Origin: Octopus bimaculoides
Lineage: Eukaryota
Direction: 5' to 3'
Length of the DNA stretch: 49,704 nt
Assembly: GCF_001194135.2 (NCBI RefSeq)
Contig: NC_068983.1
Coordinates: forward strand, 102,663,328-102,713,031
Position numbers and translations under genes: made by a program. A model generated the notes under the pieces. It was not told the DNA's origin and made no database searches. It was given only the letters and a program-made list of their open reading frames with translations. Shown piece after piece: positions 35,064 to 47,070 of the stretch; position 1 is the stretch's first letter; each line of letters opens with the position of its first letter.

Positions 35064-35693
35064 GCATCGGATCAAGAAATCCTTTGGGTGATGCGTGTAG
35101 CTATATTTGGTGTTGGTGTGCTCGCAACTGCAATGGCATTAAAGGTGACATCGGTCTATGATCTTTGGTATCTTTGCTCCGATTTTGTCTACGTGATATT
35201 GTTCCCCCAACTTGTGACTGTTGTGTATTTAGAGTGGGCAAACACGTATGGATCGTTAGCTGGCTATATAGTTGGCATATTCATGCGCCTTTCAGGTGGG
35301 GAACCCACACTTTTTATTGAACCCATCATTTTTTATCCTTTCTATGATGAGGATGAACAACTTCAAATGTTTCCATTCAAAACCTTAGCCATGTTTCTTT
35401 CTCTTGGAACAATAGTGGGTGTTTCATACATATTCAAATACCTCTTTGAGAATGCCCATCTACCACGGCGCTATGACGTTTTCATGTGCATTGTCAACAT
35501 ACCAGATGAAGTTATTGCCCTCGCCATGAGAGAACCAGCCAATGAACTGACAGCAATTACACCAACACTAGAAATGAATGGTAAAATTAACCCAGCACTG
35601 AAGATATCACAAGAGGATCTGGGTGTTAAAGAGCATGTTAACTATGGATACATTGGAACAACATCAGATCCTACTCTTGGATCAAATGGTTAA
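35064..35693 (+). CDS. SLC5A7: Choline transporter terminal coding exon
   Basis: ttttcag|GCA, 630 bp to TAA; [64 protein letters not shown], then a divergent tail. Confidence 0.97.
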   Translation, partial: ASDQEILWVMRVAIFGVGVLATAMALKVTSVYDLWYLCSDFVYVILFPQLVTVVYLEWANTYGSLAGYIVGIFMRLSGGEPTLFIEPIIFYPFYDEDEQLQMFPFKTLAMFLSLGTIVGVSYIFKYLFENAHLPRRYDVFMCIVNIPDEVIALAMREPANELTAITPTLEMNGKINPALKISQEDLGVKEHVNYGYIGTTSDPTLGSNG

Positions 35694-36549
35694 CCATATT
35701 GGAAGTTACATAGTCAATATACCCTGGTTTAGAACAAATGAACAAAAGCCATTGCAATAACCCTCAAAACAAACCAGTGATGATGGCCAATGTGGCAATG
35801 TCTTTGAAAACGATCAATGACATTACTATAAACATGCTACTTTTTAGAAAAGGGAGACAGTCTTTTAAATATATGTTCAGAATATTGTTATCATTGTTGA
35901 TGTTGTTGATAATACTGCTATGTTTATTTCTTTATTTAGTAAAATGACATTGTTCTTTTTTGAATCAACCCACCGACAAAATAATATTAGAGGAGGACAA
36001 AATGTCCATGTGGATAAAAAAAAATTGAATCATGTGTGTTTTATCATGGGGTAGGGTTTATTAATGAACCAACCATGTGATCTATGGGGAACCAACCAAA
36101 TCCACCTCTGCTTGTTCCAACACATTGGTTAAAAAATATATATTTGGTTTTATTAGCAATATTTGGTTCTCCATGATTTATTACAATGTTCTTTTCAAAT
36201 CTTGATGTACATAGTCAAGAGACATTTTACTAAAGTGAGAAATGGTTGGATTTATTTTCCTAGTTTTTTTCCCTTTTTATGTATCTTGCCTTTTTTTTAA
36301 GAAAACTCATTCATACAAACATTAATTATGTATTTCTAACTTATTATTTCATGAAACATTACAGTGTTAAAGGAATCTTATAAATGTTTACATCTAATCT
36401 GTTGGCATTGATATTTGTATTACAAAATGAATGTTAACATCTGGTATGCAAATGTTTAGATCTTGTTACATCTGGGTCCAAAAGTGTTTCTCAGTTTCTC
36501 AGTTAATATTAATGTTAATGTTAGGTGATTTTGTTGATGTTGCTGAGAG

Positions 36550-36554
36550 ATATG

Positions 36555-36602
<48 letters not shown>

Positions 36603-37020
36603 TATATATACATATATATATCTATATACATATATATACATATACATGTATATACATATGTATATATATCTATATACATATATACATATATATATCTATA
36701 TACATATATATATACATATACATGTATATATGTATATATATCTATATACATATATATATATATACATATGTATATATATATGTATGTATATATACATATA
36801 AATATATATGTATATATATATGTATATATGTGTATGTATATATATATGTATATATATATGTATATATGTGTATGTATATATATATGTGTGTGTATGTATA
36901 TATGTATGTTTATGTACATATAAATGTATATACATATATATATTCACACACACACACATATGCATATATACATATATATATATATATGTTATACATACTC
37001 ACACACACGCACACACACAT
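36550..37020. repeat. Long compound (TA)/(CA)/(TG) microsatellite
   Basis: ~470 bp of alternating purine-pyrimidine low-complexity sequence; similar arrays at 26080-26260, 37220-37650 and 41300-41750. Confidence 0.95.
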
Positions 37021-37614
37021 AGTGAGAAATTCAAACATTTAAAGACAAATTAATTTTCAAAACGAAATAATAATTTTAAAAATTCATGTATATGCATATT
37101 TGTGTGTTTATTCACATAGTGGCACATATATGTTCCCATTCCTCTCCCTTTTTCTTTCTCTTTCTCTTTGTTTTTAACTATATCCTTTTTTCTTTCACTT
37201 ACATTCACACACACTTAAGTATGCATGTGTATGCATATATACATATATATATATGTATATGTATATTCATGCATACATATGCATATACATACATACATAC
37301 ATACATACATAAATATACATATATATATAAATATATGCTTATATATTTATGCATATACTCGTGTGTGTATATATATATGTATGTATATATATATATGTGT
37401 GTGTGTGTGTGTGCGTGTATGTATACACTCACACACACGTACATACATGCATATAGATGTATCCAAATAATAATATGTTTGCATAGATACATTGATGTAT
37501 TGTGTGTGCACTCTTACTAAAAGCAGATTCTCATTATAGAAATCTGCAAAATGCACAAGAAGTTGCATATGTATATATGCATGAAAGCATACACAATGCA
37601 TCTGTATATACATG

Positions 37615-37647
<33 letters not shown>

Positions 37648-39508
37648 NNNNNNNNNNNNNNNNNNNNNNNNNNNNNNNNNNNNNNNNNNNNNNNNNNNNN
37701 NNNNNNNNNNNNNNNNNNNNNNNNNNNNNNNNNNNNNNNNNNNNNNNNNNNNNNNNNNNNNNNNNNNNNNNNNNNNNNNNNNNNNNNNNNNNNNNNNNNN
37801 NNNNNNNNNNNNNNNNNNNNNNNNNNNNNNNNNNNNNNNNNNNNNNNNNNNNNNNNNNNNNNNNNNNNNNNNNNNNNNNNNNNNNNNNNNNNNNNNNNNN
37901 NNNNNNNNNNNNNNNNNNNNNNNNNNNNNNNNNNNNNNNNNNNNNNNNNNNNNNNNNNNNNNNNNNNNNNNNNNNNNNNNNNNNNNNNNNNNNNNNNNNN
38001 NNNNNNNNNNNNNNNNNNNNNNNNNNNNNNNNNNNNNNNNNNNNNNNNNNNNNNNNNNNNNNNNNNNNNNNNNNNNNNNNNNNNNNNNNNNNNNNNNNNN
38101 NNNNNNNNNNNNNNNNNNNNNNNNNNNNNNNNNNNNNNNNNNNNNNNNNNNNNNNNNNNNNNCATACATACATATATATATATATATATATGTGTATACA
38201 GAATTACTTTTGATAAACACACAATCTTATGAACATACAAAAGTATGCAAAAATACGAATATGCACTAAGTCTGGTTTAAAATTTTTAACAATAAATTTT
38301 TTATAAACTAATGCAATAATAAATACGTTTATAAATGACTATTTATTTCTGTACTTGGACTAGTAAAATGGTAAACATTTTGAAAACTGCATAAATATTC
38401 ATGTCTTTCTACCTTAACTTTAAAATCAGATGCTTCTTTGACTAAATTATAATTTACTGTTTGGAAAATTTTAAATGCATAGTTTATTTTCTTGTCCCTC
38501 CTCAAAAATCAAAATTAATTTTCTGTAACTTTTTCTTGAAGTTTTCCGTTAGTGTCACAAAAAGGGATTTTTCTTTTATCATATATATTTGACAATTACA
38601 TAGCCATCCACTGACTTTATAGAGAGAACTTTTTTTGATAAATCAAAAGGTTAAGTTAGAAGTAAAGATATATAAGTTATTCTAAGATTACATTTAATCT
38701 ACATTTAATATACAAAGTTACATACAGGAAATTAAACAATTGTATCAGAATATCATATATACTTTAACATGTTAACTTATACAAAATATAGCCTGGTTAT
38801 ATATGTCATTTCATAATAAATATTTACATAAACCAGGAAATATTTATTAAATGAGTTTTAGCAATAGTATTTGTTAGGTGAGTAGTATTAGATGGAAATG
38901 ATATAAGTAATAATATTAAATGAAAAACTTAAACTATTTAATGAAATTCCCTTGGGATTGCTTATTTGATAAAAAAAACCATTTGACTCCAACATTGTTG
39001 ATCAGAAATTTAATTGATCCTTTAAAAATATTGGCAATCTGACATGTCAAGAATGTTTGGATTAATATCACATATGAAAATGTGATGAATTTAGGATTTA
39101 TGAACAAATAGGCAAAAAGTTACATTACTTGAAAATGTTGTTTCTATCCTTAAGTCTGCATTGGTTAAACTTTTTTGAAGAATTTCAAATTATGTCTTAG
39201 ATTGTTTCCTTAATTTGGTGTTGCTTATAAATCTGACTAGATTTGTGCTTGGTCCTTTTGATGGAGTGATTGTTGAGTAAAGTTTAGGATCTTTTTCCTT
39301 GTAGTAAACCGTGGGTATTGAAGATCTGTTGAATATTCCCATAAAGTAAAATTGCATGTTATTTTTTTCAAAATTACTTCCATATGTTTAAATGATAGTA
39401 TACTTGTGTTTGTAAATAATGGAGAAAATGAGAATAGGATAGGAATGGCACCGAAGTGTATTCTTGACAAGTTTCATCCGAAAAATAGTTTTATTTTCGA
39501 ACAGTTAA

Positions 39509-39717
39509 CTCTTTGTATGCCAACCCACTTGAGGCCACACCTGCCTCTAGGTGTGATACAAACCTCCTGTTTCAAAGTGATCTAATTTTAAATCTTTCAT
39601 CAAACTTTCATATTAATTTGTTCCCAACACCAGCTTTATAATGACAAAATTATTTTATTACATTCTTCGTAGTCTAAAAAATTAATTGAAACAAAGTCAG
39701 TGTATGGTGACAAAAAG
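39509..39717. mobile_element. TTAA-flanked MITE (piggyBac-like)
   Basis: TTAA at 39505-39508 and 39718-39721; imperfect terminal inverted ends ctctttgtatgcc / reverse complement cctttttgtcacc; no coding capacity. Confidence 0.6.
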
Positions 39718-40657
39718 GTTAAAACATGATTTCTAGTAATAATTTTTTTAATAATTCTGAATATCAAAATGCTTTCATTTAAAGTAGCTGTTATGTAGGA
39801 GTAGTGCAATCTAAGAATAGAGATACACAAGCATTCCTTTTATCTAGGGCTTCAGTAATGTAGAAGTTGGTGCACTCAAGAAGTGTTATATCTATACATA
39901 CATGAGTCTAGATGTACTAAAGTATAGGTATAACTATAATCTAGGAGTATGTATAATGTAAAAATGCAGTAATTTAGATATGCGATGATCCTGAATCTGA
40001 AGATTCCAATCTGGGATTTTAAATTATCTAGGACTGTCTATGCATTAAGAATATAGGATTGCTGTAATTAGGAAAATATGTGATATGAGAGTATTGTATA
40101 ATACTAGCATGTAATAATTTAGATGCTGTGATCTGGGAATAAAAATGATAAATGGATTCTCCATCACTTTTGACAATGAATACTCAATTTGTTTGATCAC
40201 TGAAACTATTATTTCATTATATTATAATGTATATGGTGAATATTCCAAGTCTACTCTTAATGCAATTCTCAAAATAATCATTATGATTCAGTGTGGAACA
40301 AAGCTGGCTCTTGTAAGTACAGATATAACCCATTCTGAGAAGTTTCTTTTACCCAGCTTCTGTCTATCTAATTTCAGACACACAAACCTTCATTCAACTC
40401 AAGGTTATAGCAGAAAACATTTACCCAAGATAGCATGCAGACGAATCAAACTCAGTTCTTGTAATTGTGAGGTCAACTTCTTAACTTGACTAGACTTGCT
40501 ACTGCAACCTCAGAAACCTCAGAAATGCTGTGATGTAAGAGTACAAACATTTGGAAGTACTGTGATATTTGAAAGTCACTAAGGATGTATATATGTATGT
40601 GTATATACATAAATATATGTATAAATATCTATCTATCTATCTATCTATCTATCTAAA

Positions 40658-40700
<43 letters not shown>

Positions 40701-40777
40701 ATATATATATATATATATATTTAAATATACATATATATATATATGTATACACACATATACATCATACACAGAAGTAT

Positions 40778-40811
<34 letters not shown>

Positions 40812-41336
40812 TAGATACGTATATACATACATAGATAAATAGATTGATAGATAAATACTTAATGCTTTCCTGCTTAATAGGACACCAAACTTTCTATCTG
40901 TCAGTCTCTTTAACACACACAGGTATACACACACACACAGACGCACACACATGCACAGCCATACATGAATCTACACCTATGCCCTTTATAATTGTGAGTA
41001 CAATAAGCAACACAAAAAATTTGACTGACAAATATCTTTTGAATTACCTTAAGCATATCAAGTGAAGTAAAGCAAATGAACTCTCACTGAGACTAGCTTC
41101 AGATCCCAATTCAATTCCAGTTGAAGCTCATTCATTTTATTTATGCTACTAATGGCACTGAGAAGGACATGGACATGACATAATCTAAATTCCATAAATA
41201 TGTTTGTGTATGTGTGTGCATATACTTTCATGCATAGATGTATGTGTGTGTGTCATTGTTCAGTTTTATTTCAAGATTTCTTGCCAATATGTATATATGT
41301 ATGTATGCATGTATGTATGTATGTATGCATGTGTGC

Positions 41337-41380
<44 letters not shown>

Positions 41381-41608
41381 AATAGTATTATAACACATCC
41401 TTTTGACATATGTATATATACACACACACAAACATATATCTATATAGATATGTGTGTGTGTATGCATACATATATACACAGACACACACACATTTATATG
41501 CATGTGTGTGTATATATAAATATACTTATGTATGCTTATATATATATATTTATATATGTATATATATGTGTATATACATATATATGTGTTTATGTATGTG
41601 TATACATG

Positions 41609-41664
<56 letters not shown>

Positions 41665-42268
41665 CATATATATATATGTATATATACACATATATAAGCA
41701 TGTATATATGTACATAAGTATAAATGTATGTATGTGTGTGAATGTATGTATAATGTTCACTATTTGAGTGAACATTATAAGTTTTAAGGTTTTGTAAGAG
41801 AACTTTTAAGTGTTCATTCATAGGTTCATACAGAATATACCATAAGCTCTGACAATAACTAATGAATTAATATAATAAGCTATATTCTCAGTAGATTATT
41901 AGGAAAATTAATATAAATGAAAATAATTTGGCTCTTAGTAGCAATAAGAATGAGTCGTAGAAGACTTAGTAAATTAAACACATATATAAAAGAAATGTTG
42001 TCTATTTTGCATTGCGTTTACTCTTTACAATCATAGCTTCCATAATAGGTTAGGTTCTGCAACAATAGAAAATGTTAACTAAATAGAACTGAATGGACAT
42101 TACAACAAATTTTAGTTGTTATGGTTATATAACTTTCATGATAGTTTATTTAGGTAGTTTATTTAGGTAGCTTTTGTAAAAGGATTATTAGCATTCGCAA
42201 ATGCTTTCTCCCTCACTCTTTCTTTCTTTCCGCCACTCTTTCTCTCTCTCTCTCCCTCTCTCATCCAA

Positions 42269-42299
<31 letters not shown>

Positions 42300-43919
42300 C
42301 AAGATGATTGAGGATTTTTCTGAACTATCAAATATACACTATAAGGCATCTAGAGTAAAATATTTGTTATTGTAGTTGCTCAACATTTAATGCCAGGAAA
42401 CTTATTGAGTTACAAGTATTAGTACTTAACAGAGAATTCTTGCCAAAATTCTTTGAATTGCCATTTGGATATTTCAAACATTTTAAAGGGGATTTTAATG
42501 ATTATTTTATCATATACTTCTTTGATTAACAGTTAATTTCAAGACCCATATTTTAATTTGCTTACTAACTTACATCTTAGAAACTATTTAACTTTGATTA
42601 CTTGAAAAATTTCAAAAATGTTTATTGATGCAGTGACTTTTACTGAAGCCATAACTGATGACAAAAACATCAAACAAATTTATGCTGCTAAATAAACTAT
42701 TCCTTCTGAACTTAGCATCACCATTCACCAACACAAACAGGTCAACAATTAATCAACTGAGACCAAATGAGAACGGATGTAAACAGATAAAATGCAACCT
42801 AACTGTTAATACTTTTGATAAATATATAAATAAACCCATTCCCAAAAGTTTGATCCTGCAATGATATTCTAAATGTAATTTATGATATAAGATTCCATTT
42901 GTTTTGATATGTTTCAGGAATATGAAATTTGTTGATATTTTCTTTGTTTCAATTTTGTGATTTCTGTTATTTGCCTCTATTGTTCTGAAATGTAAGAATG
43001 TGTACAAGAAAAGACTGATTTTTTAAAAATATATATATATGATATATATTTGAACAACACTTCTGCAACAAAAAATTATTTACTATGGTATATATATGTC
43101 AGCAAATTGTTAATAGTTTTGATAGTCATCTATTTATGATGAAAATGTAATTTGTCAACTTGCTTTTTTGCCTGTGAGCCATAAAAAATGTTTATAAGTT
43201 GTGATCATTTTCAGTTGTTACGTTTTCAAAAAAATAAAAAATGTAAATTTGGAAGTTCTAATGATAAAGTTTATATAAAAAAAAAATTAATAAATAATCA
43301 ATCATTAAGAAGATTTGTAGACATTCAAATGAAAATTTTCCATACCATAATTACAAGATGAAAGCTTTACCAAAGCATTTGACAGAAATGGTAGGGCACC
43401 TTACTAAATATCTTACAGTATTTAGTTTCATTTCTAATCCCACTATCGCTGACTTTGCCTTTCCTGCTTCTGAAGTAGATAAAATAATCCCCAGTAATAT
43501 ACATGCAGTAAATACAATTAGCAGCATGTCTCCCTAAAATGTTGGCCTTGTGCCAAGACATACACAAAATAATCACTATCATCCTCTTATTATTATCATT
43601 CTCTATCAATATTAATAAACTTTCTCCTTCATCACTGTTGGGGTGATAAATTATAGCAGATTTTGCCATCATTTATAAAATATATTCAGCATTCATTTAA
43701 AATTAAATATAAAAACGAGAGAGAGAGAGATATGATATCGTTTGTGAACTCAGGTCATTGCAAAATTTTTCTCTAATGAACTGATTGGTTCAGTTATGTC
43801 ACTAATACCAGTTTCTTATTTTATTTTATTCATTTTTTTATTCTGCTATGGTTCATTTTCATAATTAGCAGTTACAGGTATAATTTTTCTCTCTTCTGTT
43901 AAATGAGTTATTTTGTTGC

Positions 43920-43950
<31 letters not shown>

Positions 43951-45019
43951 CATATAAACACATACATATANNNNNNNNNNNNNNNNNNNNNNNNNNNNNN
44001 NNNNNNNNNNNNNNNNNNNNNNNNNNNNNNNNNNNNNNNNNNNNNNNNNNNNNNNNNNNNNNNNNNNNNNNNNNNNNNNNNNNNNNNNNNNNNNNNNNNN
44101 NNNNNNNNNNNNTATATATATATATATATATATATATATTTGGGAAGGGGACTCTGGCAAGGGATTATTTGTCACATACAAATACCTTAGTTTCATAATC
44201 ACTTTGTATTCCAATTTAGTGAAACATGGCAGTCAAAAAATGTTGTTCTAAAGATTGAAGATAATGCTCACCAAATATTATATCAAAGCATTGATATTTT
44301 CGTAAAAGTATCTGATACTCTTATAGCATTTGAAGATTCAATCAAAATCCTATTTACATAGCATTTGAAAACTCAATCAAAATGCTGTTTAAATGATATT
44401 TTAAACTGGTTCCTTCCATTTTTATCTATTCTTTTTGAATGTTAGTAATTCAGTAATACAGTAAAATATCAGTTTTATTTATTTACTATTTTTATTCTTT
44501 TTACTTTCATTCACATGTATAATGCACTCCTCTATATTTAGGTTTAAAAATCTGGGTGTTTTTTTTTTTCAACTTTATTAATTTACTTTTTTAGTCGTTT
44601 TTCATATTAGCATGGGTGTGGTGATTTATTTGTTAGAGTGATTGCTTTTATGGCTGCATGCCCTTCTGCCCACAAACCACTCAACTGTAAAGTAAGAGAT
44701 GGCCTTTCTCATGAACAACAAACCAGAACATAGATGTCATGTTCAGAGGCATAAAACAATAACAATAAACATGAGATCAATAGTCCAGGATTTTAATCTG
44801 ATTTTGATTTTTTTTCACTGTTTATTCATGTATAATACACACTTTTTCTCTAGATTCTATAACTTAGATATTAAAAATGAACATTATTATACAAGAGAAG
44901 AATATGTTGCTCATTTTTTATCAGTCATCATATTTTGGATGGTATAACCAGAAGTAAGTTAGTTATATCTATTATCCAATGAGTAACAAAAAATTTAAAC
45001 CACAAAAATAACACTACAT

Positions 45020-45773
45020 TTTTCTATGATAGCAATATATTAAATGCTTAGCACAAGTGGTAAACAAAGACCNNNNNNNNNNNNNNNNNNNNNNNNNNNN
45101 NNNNNNNNNNNNNNNNNNNNNNNNNNNNNNNNNNNNNNNNNNNNNNNNNNNNNNNNNNNNNNNNNNNNNNNNNNNNNNNNNNNNNNNNNNNNNNNNNNNN
45201 NNNNNNNNNNNNNNNNNNNNNNNNNNNNNNNNNNNNNNNNNNNNNNNNNNNNNNNNNNNNNNNNNNNNNNNNNNNNNNNNNNNNNNNNNNNNNNNNNNNN
45301 NNNNNNNNNNNNNNNNNNNNNNNNNNNNNNNNNNNNNNNNNNNNNNNNNNNNNNNNNNNNNNNNNNNNNNNNNNNNNNNNNNNNNNNNNNNNNNNNNNNN
45401 NNNNNNNNNNNNNNNNNNNNNNNNNNNNNNNNNNNNNNNNNNNNNNNNNNNNNNNNNNNNNNNNNNNNNNNNNNNNNNNNNNNNNNNNNNNNNNNNNNNN
45501 NNNNNNNNNNNNNNNNNNNNNNNNNNNNNNNNNNNNNNNNNNNNNNNNNNNNNNNNNNNNNNNNNNNNNNNNNNNNNNNNNNNNNNNNNNNNNNNNNNNN
45601 NNNNNNNNNNNNNNNNNNNNNNNNNNNNNNNNNNNNNNNNNNNNNNNNNNNNNNNNNNNNNNNNNNNNNNNNNNNNNNNNNNNNNNNNNNNNNNNNNNNN
45701 NNNNNNNNNNNNNNNNNNNNTTTTCTATGATAGCAATATATTAAATGCTTAGCACAAGTGGTAAACAAAGACC
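45020..45773. other. Assembly gap flanked by an identical 53 bp sequence
   Basis: ttttctatgatagcaatatattaaatgcttagcacaagtggtaaacaaagacc at 45020-45072 and 45721-45773. Confidence 0.9.
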
Positions 45774-46845
45774 TTATGGAATTACTGCTGCCGACCTTCA
45801 ATATGGCATACTTAAATGAAATAATTTCATCATTGAAAAATACTGCTTTTGTTAACAAATGTGAAAATTAAGCCAATAAACAAAAAAATATATATAGCTA
45901 TTACCATTTTGAAATGTGAATGTAAATTTAAACAAATAAATACTTTGAAATGATTAATTATTATATTGAACTGTTACTATATACATTTAGATGAAGGAAA
46001 GTATTTAATTATGAAAGTATTTAAATAAGTATAATGAAAATGTTCACATTTTGCACTGTGTCTTTTATGTCTTTCCATACTGGTTGACATTTCCTGGTTG
46101 AATTTACAGCAGGTACACTTTTACATTTCATAAGTCACATTCGAATTAATTTTTTATTCTAAGGATGTGTGAACATTTTTCAATGAATTTAGATAGCAAT
46201 TGTCATAAATTTGACTAAATACATCTTTTTCTATACATGAAAATTAATAATAAGGAAAATCAGTGTATAAAAATAGGAATTTTTCCAGTATTTGATAATC
46301 TACAATGCTGTACATTATATATGAGTGTGTATTATATACAATTAAATACAATATTTATTTAATGGGGAATTTCTTTCAAGTGAAAATNNNNNNNNNNNNN
46401 NNNNNNNNNNNNNNNNNNNNNNNNNNNNNNNNNNNNNNNNNNNNNNNNNNNNNNNNNNNNNNNNNNNNNNNNNNNNNNNNNNNNNNNNNNNNNNNNNNNN
46501 NNNNNNNNNNNNNNNNNNNNNNNNNNNNNNNNNNNNNNNNNNNNNNNNNNNNNNNNNNNNNNNNNNNNNNNNNNNNNNNNNNNNNNNNNNNNNNNNNNNN
46601 NNNNNNNNNNNNNNNNNNNNNNNNNNNNNNNNNNNNNNNNNNNNNNNNNNNNNNNNNNNNNNNNNNNNNNNNNNNNNNNNNNNNNNNNNNNNNNNNNNNN
46701 NNNNNNNNNNNNNNNNNNNNNNNNNNNNNNNNNNNNNNNNNNNNNNNNNNNNNNNNNNNNNNNNNNNNNNNNNNNNNNNNNNNNNNNNNNNNNNNNNNNN
46801 NNNNNNNNNNNNNNNNNNNNNNNNNNNNNNNNNNNNNNNNNNNNN

Positions 46846-46869
<24 letters not shown>

Positions 46870-46880
<11 letters not shown>

Positions 46881-47070
46881 GTATATGTTTGCATGTCTGT
46901 GTTTGTCACCCCACCATCGCTTGACAACCTATGCTGGTGTGTTTACGTCCCTGTAACTTAGTGGTTCAGCAAAAGAGTCCAATAGAATAAGTACTAGGCT
47001 TACAAAGAATAAGTCCTGGGGTTGATTTGCTCGACTAAAGGCGACTGAAACAAGTAAAAGAATAAAGGAA
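46870..47070 (+). mobile_element. SINE family 1, centre and tail
   Basis: tgtttgtcaccccaccatcgcttgacaacc..aataagtactaggcttacaaagaataagtcctggggttgatttgctcgactaaaggcg, with an internal deletion before actgaaacaagtaaaaga. Confidence 0.85.

Noticed and set aside
20518-35693. Specific A-to-I recoding sites in CHT1
   Set aside because: Editing cannot be seen in genomic DNA; it requires matched RNA data.
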